Shown here one piece after another: positions 1 to 9,147 of a stretch of DNA of 46,360 bases. This DNA comes from Anaerolineae bacterium (lineage in GTDB: Bacteria; Chloroflexota; Anaerolineae; Aggregatilineales; Phototrophicaceae). The translations under genes were made by a program, and so were the position numbers. Below the pieces are notes generated by a model, which ran no database searches, was not told the DNA's origin, and saw only the letters and a list, made by a program, of their open reading frames with translations. The DNA lies in the NCBI GenBank assembly GCA_034435595.1, contig DAOTXA010000300.1:1-46360 (forward strand), in the 5' to 3' direction. Each line of letters begins with the position of its first letter. Position 1 is the first letter of the stretch.

Positions 1-423
1 TCTCACGATGCACCGATGGTGCGTGGTGATGACGAAGCAATTAGTCAGATTATCGGGCAATTATTGACCAATGCATATCTTGTTTCGTCACCTAATACAG
101 AGATTTTCATCCAGGCCGAAGGTCGCAGTATGAGCCTGGGTGAAAATGGAGTGTCTCAACCGCTTGATTGTCTGCTTGTCTCTGTGGAGGATCGTGGCAG
201 TGGGATACTAGCGGAGGATCAAGGACATGTCTTTGCACGCAAATATCGTGCGGATAACCCCTTGATTCAAGGACTTGGTGACACTGGTGTGGGCCTTTCT
301 ATTGCTAAGGCTCTTGTTGAGGCACATGGCGGCGTGCTGTGGTTGGAGAGCCAGCCAGATATTGGTTCGAAATTTAGCTTTGCTCTGCCTGTGAACAACG
401 CTATACGTACGGGGACATTATAG
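1..423 (+). CDS. Sensor histidine kinase, C-terminal HATPase_c part (5' truncated by window edge)
   Basis: Frame 1 is open from base 1 to TAG at 421-423. It shows an N-box LLTNA, G1 DRGSGI and G2 GDTGVGLSIAK, and ends in the typical WLESQP..GSKFSFALP. Confidence 0.85.
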   Translation, partial: SHDAPMVRGDDEAISQIIGQLLTNAYLVSSPNTEIFIQAEGRSMSLGENGVSQPLDCLLVSVEDRGSGILAEDQGHVFARKYRADNPLIQGLGDTGVGLSIAKALVEAHGGVLWLESQPDIGSKFSFALPVNNAIRTGTL

Positions 424-424
424 G

Positions 425-1480
425 ATGCGTCGCAGCATGAACAATGAGTTGAGTGCTGCATTAATGGTGACTACTGCGATCGCATTTGCAGTTGTGGCTG
501 GTGTGTTGCTGTCTTCACCCAGTAATGACAATACTAGCCCACCGGTTACGCATACACAGCCTGCGTTGGCTATGTCCGAGAGTAATGTCGAAAACATTAC
601 TGCTATACCGCAGGATACCGTTGTAAATACCCCGACAGCATCGATTTCTCAGACTGCCGCCATGTTCGATAGCATAGAATTTACAGAACAACCCCCAATA
701 CAGACGACAGATAGGCTATTTAGTGCAACACCGTCACCAATGCCGAGTATAGTGCCGTCCTCTACCGCGACCTCTACAAGTACGGCAACGATGACAATTA
801 CTCCTACCCCAACATACACATCAACCTCAGTTCCCAGCCCTAGTCGCACACCCATGCCCGAAGAAACATCTGGGATTTTACCAACTTCAACAGCTACATT
901 GTCTCCGTTGACGATTATCTCGCTTACGCCATCTACGTGCAGCGGGTTGTCTGGCTGGGTAGGGTATGTGGTTGCACCGGGGAATACATTGTTCTCAATT
1001 GCGAGGGCGACTGGCACGAGTGTGCCAGAACTTCTGGCAGTGAATTGCCTGGACAACGCAAGTCGCATATTTGTGGGTGACATCATTTTTGTGCCACAAC
1101 TACCAACGAGTCTGCTACAGGCCCCTAACATGTCGTCGTCACATTCTGATTCGCAAGTGGAGAACGTACTGGGTTGCAGAAATCCCGGTGTGAACATTCA
1201 AAGTCCTTTAGCAAACAGCACTGTTACCGGGCTTATAACCATAATTGGATCGGCGATATGGCCCGAATTTGGCTATTTCAAAATTGAAGTGCGGTTAGAC
1301 GGTGCGTCAACATATAATTTTATATCTCGTCAGGATATCCCCATACCATCTGGGCATCTAGGGGTGGTGGATAGTAGTTTGTTCGGGGCGGGGTTGCACT
1401 GGATTCGCCTGACAGTTGTAGATGCGACAGGCAATATTCCTGACGGTGCAACCTGCGTTATTCCTCTGATATTTGAGTGA
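425..1480 (+). CDS. Membrane-anchored LysM domain protein with Thr/Ser/Pro-rich linker
   Basis: ATG lies 1 nt after the upstream stop. There is an N-terminal TM helix (LSAALMVTTAIAFAVVAGVLL) and a long T/S/P tract. The LysM-like segment is YVVAPGNTLFSIARATGTSVPELLAVNCL..IFVGDIIFVP, followed by a C-terminal beta-rich domain. Confidence 0.75.
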   Translation: MRRSMNNELSAALMVTTAIAFAVVAGVLLSSPSNDNTSPPVTHTQPALAMSESNVENITAIPQDTVVNTPTASISQTAAMFDSIEFTEQPPIQTTDRLFSATPSPMPSIVPSSTATSTSTATMTITPTPTYTSTSVPSPSRTPMPEETSGILPTSTATLSPLTIISLTPSTCSGLSGWVGYVVAPGNTLFSIARATGTSVPELLAVNCLDNASRIFVGDIIFVPQLPTSLLQAPNMSSSHSDSQVENVLGCRNPGVNIQSPLANSTVTGLITIIGSAIWPEFGYFKIEVRLDGASTYNFISRQDIPIPSGHLGVVDSSLFGAGLHWIRLTVVDATGNIPDGATCVIPLIFE

Positions 1481-1552
1481 CCGTCGCTAAGGGCTTGTAT
1501 CTACGCTACACTGATAGGCTGTTGTTGTCCTTGCAGTTGTTCAAGGGTTTTT

Positions 1553-3514
1553 ATGGCTTCTAAGAAACCGTCACTTATTGTCCGTATTGGCTTTTTTCTT
1601 CTCTTCCGCCTTATACCATTGATTCTAATCGTCGGGATAGTGTGGTCGGGTTTTCAGATCGCGCAAGCTATGGAGCGGCAGCTTGATGAGCGTGCTACTT
1701 ATGCGGCGATCACTCAGAACATTGGAGGAGCGGCGACTGCCATTGTTCCTGAGTCCACTTTAGCTCCCACCGAAACATTGACCGCGACGGCTTCGCTTGT
1801 ACCGGCATCGACAAGTACGTCAACGCAAGTTCCTTCAACCGAAACGTCAGTGCCTGAGTTAACTGCAACTGCGACCAGCACGCTTACCTCCACGAGAACT
1901 ATGTTGCCTCCATCTGAGACAACAACTTTCACTCCAACAGCGATATCAACGTTGACTACGACACCGTCGGCAACATCAACTACTACCGAAGAAGTGCTCG
2001 TTCCACCGCAAAATCAATTCTCGGCAACAAATACGCCAGTACGTGCAGTGTTCGCGACGAATACGCCGCAGGGTATACCAAATCCGACTGGAGGTTTGGC
2101 AACAGTTACCTCACAGCCCGCTACTCCGGTTCCCCCACCTACGACTGTGCCGACATTACCGCCAACGATAACCATGGTGCCAAGTGCGATTCCATCTGCG
2201 ACGAATACCGAGATGGCTGAAACTGTGCGTCCATTGCCTACCGTCTTTTTCGCGGTTTCGCCAGAAGAGGGGCTTGTCGCGGGTGGAACAGCTGTGCCGA
2301 CCCGTGTGCCGACTGTACCACGCCCGTACAATCTTCTGAATGTGTTGCTTCTCGGCGGGGATGATACACTTACGTCGGATAGCACTATTCGGACCGATAC
2401 GATGATTGTTGTCTCGGTGAATCGGGATACCGGCACAGTTTCTATGCTCAGTCTGCCTCGTGACATGTACGTCTGGATTCCGAGTGGTTTTGACGGCGGT
2501 GGTTTCATGGGGCGCTTGAATGTGGCTTATGGAGTAGGTGAGAGTATCGGTTATACCGGTGGGGGGTTTGGCCTTCTTAGGCAGACGATATTGTATAACT
2601 TCGGCATCAACACGCACTACTACGCCCGTGTGAATTTCGACGGTTTTCAAGAGATCATTGACACGCTTGGTGGGGTCGAAATCGCAGTTGATTGCGCATA
2701 CCAGGACTACGCATTGATCGGTGCGGATGTTCCAGGTAACGCGGTTGAGGTGAGTGAAGATGGTCTGTGGACGTTACCGGTCGGCTACTATTCTATGACG
2801 GGTGCAGAAGCACTGTGGTATGCACGTACGCGTGGAAACAGTGACGATTTCGACCGAGGACGCCGTCAGCAGCAAATCATCCGGGCAATGTGGCGTGCTG
2901 TGCGCGACACTGGCAATCTAGATATTGCTTCGTTGCCTTCGTTATGGAATCAGACAATCGCTGCGGTAGATACCGATTTGACATTGCCCGATATCCTCGG
3001 TTTGCTGCCGATTGCATTAGATTTGGATGTAGACGATGTTGAGCAGTTCACACTTATTAGAACGTACCACACACAGCCCTGGCAACCGCCGGATGGTACG
3101 TTCGTTCAACTGGCAATTTATGATACACTTCGCCCGCTCCTGGAAGATTTTTACCTTCCGCCAACTGAGAGTCAGTTGACGGTAGTGGGTGCATCTGTTG
3201 CGGTTTACAATGGCACTGCAAATACGAATTGGGATCGTGTCGCCGCTGAAAGCCTTGCCTGGGATGGCTTTCTTGCCTGGGCCGCAGGGGATGCTGACTC
3301 AGCTACGTATGAGGCAACAATTCTGATTGATCGTACTGGGCAACAAAAAGGAAGCAGTCGAGATGCGATCGCCTCCTCAATGAATGTACGTTCAAACAAT
3401 ATTTTGATTGAACCAGATGCAAATCGTGAAGCTGACTTTGAGGTAATTCTTGGTGAGAATCACGATTTTTGTAACGCCGCAGTTCTCGCAGTAGAAACCC
3501 CCGGCGATGAGTAA
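1553..3514 (+). CDS. LytR-CpsA-Psr (LCP) family cell-envelope phosphotransferase with C-terminal LytR_C-like domain
   Basis: N-terminal TM helix and T/S/P-rich linker. The LCP core is NVLLLGGDD..RTDTMIVVSVN..VSMLSLPRDMYV..LNVAYG..INTHYYARVNFDGFQEIIDTLGGVEI..ALWYARTR..DDFDRGRRQQQ. Confidence 0.85.
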   Translation: MASKKPSLIVRIGFFLLFRLIPLILIVGIVWSGFQIAQAMERQLDERATYAAITQNIGGAATAIVPESTLAPTETLTATASLVPASTSTSTQVPSTETSVPELTATATSTLTSTRTMLPPSETTTFTPTAISTLTTTPSATSTTTEEVLVPPQNQFSATNTPVRAVFATNTPQGIPNPTGGLATVTSQPATPVPPPTTVPTLPPTITMVPSAIPSATNTEMAETVRPLPTVFFAVSPEEGLVAGGTAVPTRVPTVPRPYNLLNVLLLGGDDTLTSDSTIRTDTMIVVSVNRDTGTVSMLSLPRDMYVWIPSGFDGGGFMGRLNVAYGVGESIGYTGGGFGLLRQTILYNFGINTHYYARVNFDGFQEIIDTLGGVEIAVDCAYQDYALIGADVPGNAVEVSEDGLWTLPVGYYSMTGAEALWYARTRGNSDDFDRGRRQQQIIRAMWRAVRDTGNLDIASLPSLWNQTIAAVDTDLTLPDILGLLPIALDLDVDDVEQFTLIRTYHTQPWQPPDGTFVQLAIYDTLRPLLEDFYLPPTESQLTVVGASVAVYNGTANTNWDRVAAESLAWDGFLAWAAGDADSATYEATILIDRTGQQKGSSRDAIASSMNVRSNNILIEPDANREADFEVILGENHDFCNAAVLAVETPGDE

Positions 3515-3520
3515 TTCTCA

Positions 3521-4375
3521 CTAGTCGAATACAACGGTTTTGTTGTTGTAGACTAGTAGTCGATGTTGCAGATGGTGCCAGATTGCCCGTGCAAGGACAG
3601 TTTTTTCGAGGTCCTTGCCTTTTCGAATCATGTCGCTTACTGAGTCTTTGTGGCTGACGTTGGTGACCCCCTGCGCGATGATAGGGCCAGCATCCAAATC
3701 AGGCGTAACATAATGGCTGGTTGCGCCGATGATTTTGACGCCGCGTTCATAGGCGCGATGGTAAGGTTTAGCACCGGCAAAGGCTGGCAAGAACGAATGG
3801 TGAATATTGATAATCTGGTTCGGGTATGCCCGAACAAATTGCTCGGTGATGATTTGCATATAGCGTGCCAGGACAACGACATCAATCCGATGTTCTGCGA
3901 GTTTTTCTAATTGATGCTGTTCCTGCGAAACCTTGTTTTCCTTTGTGATCGGGTAATGCTTGAACGCGATGCCATAGGTTTGTGCGACAGATTCCAGATT
4001 TGAATGATTGCTCATGATGATAGGGATATCGACTTTTAACTCGCCAGAACGATGACGTGCGAGAATATCATGTAAGCAGTGGCTCTGCTTCGATACGAAT
4101 ATCGCCATTCGTAATCGATCACTCGAGTGATGTAGACGCCATGTCATATTGAATCGGTCAGAAATTGGTTGAAATGCAGCCTCAATACTTGCTTTCTCCA
4201 AATGAAATCCATGTAAATCCCATTCGACGCGCATGAAGAAAACATTCTGCTGAGTGTCTACATGCTGATCAAGATGAAGTATGTTACCGTTATGCCTCAA
4301 GATAAAATCTGTGACTGCTGCGACCAATCCACGTTGATCTGCGCATGAAATGAGTAGTATCGCCGATTCCGTCAT
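3521..4375 (-). CDS. purU: Formyltetrahydrofolate deformylase
   Basis: N-terminal ACT domain (ILLISCADQRGLVAAVTDFI) and formyltransferase core IINIHHSFLPAFAGAKPYHRAYERGVKIIGATSHYVTPDLDAGPII. I chose the ATG at 4375 (MTESAILL). The longer ORF would start at a TTG at 4414. Confidence 0.9.
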   Translation of the reverse strand: MTESAILLISCADQRGLVAAVTDFILRHNGNILHLDQHVDTQQNVFFMRVEWDLHGFHLEKASIEAAFQPISDRFNMTWRLHHSSDRLRMAIFVSKQSHCLHDILARHRSGELKVDIPIIMSNHSNLESVAQTYGIAFKHYPITKENKVSQEQHQLEKLAEHRIDVVVLARYMQIITEQFVRAYPNQIINIHHSFLPAFAGAKPYHRAYERGVKIIGATSHYVTPDLDAGPIIAQGVTNVSHKDSVSDMIRKGKDLEKTVLARAIWHHLQHRLLVYNNKTVVFD

Positions 4376-4757
4376 TGTCAATCTTATGCCTTTAGATGAA
4401 GTAATATTCGCCAAATTATTTTAGCGCAATTGTCCTCACAATCATCGGTGAAAAGTTCTGAAAGATCGGTGAATCGGTATAAGAACGCGGTTCCGTATAT
4501 GATACGGCAGCACAAAGGTCATATTAAAGACGTATAACATCATTTCTATAACTAAACATGATTTCGGGATTGTAACCTTTGTGTAATTCAAGTGAAATGA
4601 ATAATTGGCAGACTTGAATTACATTGCTCTCACTATTTTTCCTGAATCCCTCTTGGCAGTTGGCTACTATCAAGAGGGTCTTGTATTGCATCTACATCAG
4701 GCGCGTTGCGTATTTCATTTGTGATAAACTTTAGCAAAATAAATTGGATGAATAGAA

Positions 4758-5459
4758 ATGAATCAATCTGCACAGATTCTGGTGATCGAAGATGACTCGG
4801 CTGTTGCCCAGAGTTTGCGTGATGGCCTTGAGCGTGATGGTTATACAGTCACCTGGAAAAACACCGGCCAAGATGGACTAACCTATGCTAAAGAACACAA
4901 TCCTCACTTGATCATTCTTGATGTACGATTGCCCGACGGGTCGGGGTTTGATGTTTGTCGCCAGCTTCGCCAGCAGGGAGCGACCCAACCGATCTTGATG
5001 TTAACGGTTCAGCGTGACGAAATGGATAAGGTTCTTGGGCTTGAAATGGGTGCGGACGATTATGTCACCAAGCCTTACAGTCTGCGCGAGTTGCTATCCC
5101 GAGTTCGAGCGCTACTGCGACGTGCATACGGCGAATTGTCGGTGTCAAATTCCTGGTTATTGTATGTGAATGACTTAATTATAGACCGTAGTCGAGGACA
5201 TGTGCGCCGGGGTGAACAATTGATTTTGTTAACGCCAATTGAGTTCCGGTTGCTGGTTTATCTTGCACGCCATCAAGGGCAGGCGTTGACCCGAAATCAG
5301 ATTTTAGATGCCGTTTGGGGATATGATGCCGATGTTGAAAACGAAAGAATTGTAAACGTTCATGTGCGACGACTGCGTGAGAAAGTCGAAATTGATCCGA
5401 GTGAACCTCGTTTGATACTGACCGTACCTGGCATTGGGTACCGTCTGGCAAAGCAGTAG
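4758..5459 (+). CDS. OmpR/PhoB-type response regulator
   Basis: Receiver domain (ILVIEDD, LIILDVRLPDGSG, DDYVTKP) plus a winged-helix output domain (LTPIEFRLLVYLA..VWGY..VNVHVRRLREK..TVPGIGYRL). Confidence 0.9.
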   Translation: MNQSAQILVIEDDSAVAQSLRDGLERDGYTVTWKNTGQDGLTYAKEHNPHLIILDVRLPDGSGFDVCRQLRQQGATQPILMLTVQRDEMDKVLGLEMGADDYVTKPYSLRELLSRVRALLRRAYGELSVSNSWLLYVNDLIIDRSRGHVRRGEQLILLTPIEFRLLVYLARHQGQALTRNQILDAVWGYDADVENERIVNVHVRRLREKVEIDPSEPRLILTVPGIGYRLAKQ

Positions 5460-5473
5460 TGCGGGAGAATAAG

Positions 5474-7177
5474 ATGAGAGCCTGGAAATCCATACGCTGG
5501 CGTTTGCCTGCGAGTTATGCGGCAATCGCGCTACTGTCGACCTTCGCGCTTGGGGCAGTTCTGCTCACCACTTTGCGGAGTTACTATGATCAGTTGGAAC
5601 GAGATTATCTTGAGAGTAACGCGGATACGATTCGTTCTGCGATTTCTCAGATGGTTGATCAGGGTATATCGTTGCCTGTGATTCAGGCACAGATTGCCAG
5701 TTATTCATTCTTGTCACAGGCGCGGATACAGATTTTGGATGAGAATCGTCAGCTTTTAGTTGACTCCGGGCTACCCCATGGTCAAAATTTTCTGTCAATT
5801 TCTGCACAACCAAATCCGCCTCAGACGACAAGTAGATTATATGATGATGGATTTAGAATTGTCGGTAGGGAGGTCGCTGATATCATTGACTTCCACTCGA
5901 TTCGAGCACAGATTGATCGATCAATTAGTCTTTCTGGTAATGTGAATGCGGATGGTGATTATTATACTCCCGTCATTTCGCTGGACTTTGTACGTGGTAG
6001 TGAGTCTCAATCCGGGACAGATGTGAGTGCACAATCAACTGTATCTGGAGAATCTGACGAAGAGGGACTTACATATGTGTTGCCAGCGACCAGTACCCTA
6101 TTCGGGTTCGGGCTGAATGCTGAGCTTACGGAGCAGGATCGGTTTTCCAGTCAACAGATTTCCCATGACATCTATACTAGTGAAGGGGAGTATGCGGGAA
6201 CCGTGATACTTTCGGCGGGTCCAGCATATGGTCGTCAAATTGTAGACCGGGTTGCGCGAGGCTGGGTCGTGGCGAGTGTGCTTGCGGTTGCGATTGCTAC
6301 GGGCGCAGGCTGGAGTGTGAGCCGTTATATGAGCGTCCCTCTATTGAAACTGAAAACAGTCACAGAGAAAATGGCTGATGGTGATTTATCTGTGCGTGCT
6401 GACATTGACCGGGATGATGAATTAGGTGTGTTAGCCCGTGTGTTTAACAATATGGCACAACGAATTGAGGAGACGGTCGTTACCTTGCGGCGATTTGTGG
6501 CGGATGCTGCTCATGAATTGCACACACCGCTTACCGCTTTGCAAACGAATTTAGAACTAGCGGTAGATGAGCGTGAAACTGAAGTGCGCCAGGCATATAT
6601 TCAACGGGCGCATATGCAGGTTAAACGTCTTGAGTCATTGACAGATGGTTTGCTCGATCTGTCGCGGATTGAGGCACGCATGACGGATGCGCCGCACGAA
6701 CGCCTTGTGTTTACACGGGTTGTTCAAGAAGTGAGTGAAATCTATGCTTCTCGATCCGAACAGGCTGAAGTTAACTTCGACTTAGACCTGCCCGAAAAGT
6801 CAATTGTTGTGTGCGGAAATGAGGTTCAACTAAGACGTGTACTCAACAACCTGCTTGATAATGCACTTAAATTTACTCCACCCGGACAAACCGTGGCTTT
6901 ATCCCTGCGTGGTGACGGGCAATTCGTTTGGGTAATTGTGCGCGATTCCGGGATTGGCATTCCAGATGAGGAATTGCCGTTCATCTTTGATCGTTTCCAT
7001 CGTTGTCGCAATGCCGCTGATTATTCTGGTAGCGGCTTAGGACTTGCAATTGTTAAGGGGATTGTGGCTGCGCATTCAGGGGAAATCACTGCACGTTCTG
7101 CGTTGCCTGGAACCGAATTTATTATGCGCATTCCACTAGAAACCGTTACTCGTAGCCAGGTACTTCACACGGTCTAA
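5474..7177 (+). CDS. Membrane sensor histidine kinase (periplasmic loop, HAMP, HisKA, HATPase_c)
   Basis: Two TM segments, a HAMP region (PLLKLKTVTEKMADGDLSVR..ELGVLARVFNNM), H-box FVADAAHELHTPLT, N-box LLDNALKF, G-boxes DSGIGI and GSGLGLAIV. ATG 5474 is preceded by GGGAG 6 nt upstream. The alternative GTG at 5459 overlaps the response-regulator stop by 1 nt. Confidence 0.9.
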   Translation: MRAWKSIRWRLPASYAAIALLSTFALGAVLLTTLRSYYDQLERDYLESNADTIRSAISQMVDQGISLPVIQAQIASYSFLSQARIQILDENRQLLVDSGLPHGQNFLSISAQPNPPQTTSRLYDDGFRIVGREVADIIDFHSIRAQIDRSISLSGNVNADGDYYTPVISLDFVRGSESQSGTDVSAQSTVSGESDEEGLTYVLPATSTLFGFGLNAELTEQDRFSSQQISHDIYTSEGEYAGTVILSAGPAYGRQIVDRVARGWVVASVLAVAIATGAGWSVSRYMSVPLLKLKTVTEKMADGDLSVRADIDRDDELGVLARVFNNMAQRIEETVVTLRRFVADAAHELHTPLTALQTNLELAVDERETEVRQAYIQRAHMQVKRLESLTDGLLDLSRIEARMTDAPHERLVFTRVVQEVSEIYASRSEQAEVNFDLDLPEKSIVVCGNEVQLRRVLNNLLDNALKFTPPGQTVALSLRGDGQFVWVIVRDSGIGIPDEELPFIFDRFHRCRNAADYSGSGLGLAIVKGIVAAHSGEITARSALPGTEFIMRIPLETVTRSQVLHTV

Positions 7178-7208
7178 CTTGATGAGCATTGGAACCAATT
7201 TGGGGTAG

Positions 7209-7808
7209 GTGGTGTCTAATCTCAATAGAATACAGAATTCACAGGAAAGACGGGATCATCTGACAACCGACCCCGACCTGGAACTAATTGAGGCGATTGC
7301 GGCCAAGGATATGACCGCCCTTGACGAACTGTATACGCGTCGCAGTTCGGCTATTTTAGGTTATCTTGTCACAAAACTTGGAGATCGAGAACTTGCTGAG
7401 GAAGTGTTGCAGGACGTGATGTTGTCTGCATGGAAAAATGCCGCTAATTTTCGTGGTGATAGCAAAGTGTTAACGTGGTTGCTGTCTATTGCGCGTAATC
7501 GTGCAATCAATACTTTTCGCAAGAAAAAACCTTCGCTTGTTGCTTTGGAAGATGCGTTTGAATTACGGGGTAGCGACACCGGTCCTTTGGAGCAAGTTGA
7601 GCGTAATGACCGCCGCCAAGAGGTCGCTAAAGCATTGCACCAACTTGCAGAACCGCAGCGCGAGGTACTTTTGCTTGTTTTCTATCACCAACTCACTGGC
7701 CCGGAGATTGCTGAGGTCTTGAATATCAGTGTTGGTACAGTGAAGAGTCGTCTTCATCGGGCAAAGCAGGCATTGCGCCAGGTCCTTGAAGTTCAAGGAG
7801 AAGTGTGA
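7209..7808 (+). CDS. ECF-type RNA polymerase sigma-70 family factor
   Basis: Region 2 (LAEEVLQDVMLSAWKNAANF..TWLLSIARNRAIN) and region 4 HTH (PQREVLLLVFYHQLTGPEIAEVLNISVGTVKSRLHRAK). Confidence 0.9.
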   Translation: MVSNLNRIQNSQERRDHLTTDPDLELIEAIAAKDMTALDELYTRRSSAILGYLVTKLGDRELAEEVLQDVMLSAWKNAANFRGDSKVLTWLLSIARNRAINTFRKKKPSLVALEDAFELRGSDTGPLEQVERNDRRQEVAKALHQLAEPQREVLLLVFYHQLTGPEIAEVLNISVGTVKSRLHRAKQALRQVLEVQGEV

Positions 7809-9082
7809 TGCGTGACTATTGGGAAGATTTGATTCCGTTTTATGTCGCAGGAACACTGTCCTCACAGGAGATGCAGGGCTTCGAGCAACATCTGTCAACG
7901 TGTCAGCGATGTCAGGAGGCGCTCGCTACGTGGACGCTTATTGGTAATACCGTAGTTGATCAGGGGAGTCGATGGGGCGCGAATCCTCCACCGTTGCGGT
8001 TTCATGAGATAGTAGATCAACCGATTGGCTTATTTGCTGCCAACAGTCTGGTAAATCCAACACAAAAGCGTTCTTCTACTATTGGCGGCAAACGTCGGTT
8101 TGAGTGGGCTTTAGGCGTCGCCGCAGCCTGCCTCATTGCAGTGTTCGGTGTGAGTTTATTATTGTATGCGATGCTATCATCTGAACCCGATCATGCCGAT
8201 CAAGTTGCCGTAATTGCGACTCCTTTAGGTACCGCAAAGACGCAATCTGCTACCTCTTCCCAATCAACCGTAGATGGGGGGCAAGGTGAAAATGATCTGG
8301 GCATCTTACCGGTGCCTACGGCGGTTCATACCGCTCTCGCCACACTTACTCAACCAGTACCCATTCCATCCCCCAGTTCGGTTATTTTGCCCACTGCGAT
8401 GAGCTTGCCATCCCCGATGCCATTACCTCAGGAATCTTTAAATGCACCGACGCCTGAAACAGGAGCTATGCTTGCACCGGTTGCGACTTCAACATTGAAT
8501 GGTCGAACCTGTCTTATTACAAGTAACGGTGATGCGCCAGTGTCCATTTTTCGAGAACCTAATCTTGAGTCTGATGTCGTATATTCGCTTGTTCCTGGCC
8601 AGTACCTTCAATTATGGATGGGTGGCGATGCTACCTGGCGTCTGGTGGGGTGGCCCGAAGGTGGTCTGGCTGGCTGGGTCCTGACAAGGGAGATTCAATA
8701 TGCTGGCGCATGTGATACTTTCTTAATTCCAACCCCGACATTGACATCAATCTGCACAGTTGTGGGTGTTGTTGACGGAGTCACATATGCTGGACCTGGA
8801 TTCGGCTATTCTCAATTGAGTGTCCGTGTTGACGCGAATTCCACAGTGATTGTTCTTGGGCTAAGTGATAATGATTGGGCTAGAATATCCTACACGTCGT
8901 CTGATGGCGTCATCAGAACTGGCTGGCTGCCTCTCGTGAATATAGTGATAGCTGGTACATGCGATTTTGAGCCACGTATCCCGGTGAGCGAATATAGCCC
9001 GGAACCGACTCCGCGTATTATCACGCCCACGGGCCATGCTCCAGCGAGTACGCCATCGCCAGAATTTACGACCGAATTCTAG
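7808..9082 (+). CDS. Anti-sigma factor (zf-HC2 N-terminus, one TM helix, two extracytoplasmic SH3b-like repeats)
   Basis: The start overlaps the sigma-factor stop (GTGATG). The zf-HC2 signature is HLSTCQRCQEAL and the TM helix is WALGVAAACLIAVFGVSLLLYAML. A T/S/P linker is followed by two roughly 70 aa repeats, each ending in AG(A/T)CD. Confidence 0.75.
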   Translation: MRDYWEDLIPFYVAGTLSSQEMQGFEQHLSTCQRCQEALATWTLIGNTVVDQGSRWGANPPPLRFHEIVDQPIGLFAANSLVNPTQKRSSTIGGKRRFEWALGVAAACLIAVFGVSLLLYAMLSSEPDHADQVAVIATPLGTAKTQSATSSQSTVDGGQGENDLGILPVPTAVHTALATLTQPVPIPSPSSVILPTAMSLPSPMPLPQESLNAPTPETGAMLAPVATSTLNGRTCLITSNGDAPVSIFREPNLESDVVYSLVPGQYLQLWMGGDATWRLVGWPEGGLAGWVLTREIQYAGACDTFLIPTPTLTSICTVVGVVDGVTYAGPGFGYSQLSVRVDANSTVIVLGLSDNDWARISYTSSDGVIRTGWLPLVNIVIAGTCDFEPRIPVSEYSPEPTPRIITPTGHAPASTPSPEFTTEF

Positions 9083-9147
9083 ACGTGAGATTATGTCAAC
9101 GGAAGTAAAATACTAGAGCTTCCAGAATAGAGAGATAGGCTAACACG

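Noticed and set aside
649-2650. Long minus-strand ORFs (182, 72, 164 and 164 aa) opposite the LysM and LCP genes.
   Set aside because: They sit opposite Thr/Ser/Pro-rich coding sequence, which suppresses stops on the other strand. Their translations are low-complexity Val/Gly or Arg/His-rich, and the plus-strand genes have clear domain motifs.
4376-4560. A possible ZTP (pfl) riboswitch in the purU leader, since purU and folate genes are common ZTP targets.
   Set aside because: I could not find the conserved pseudoknot element (CCGCCTGGGCA on the minus strand, TGCCCAGGCGG on the plus strand) or the GGGTCGTGAC-like 5' element.
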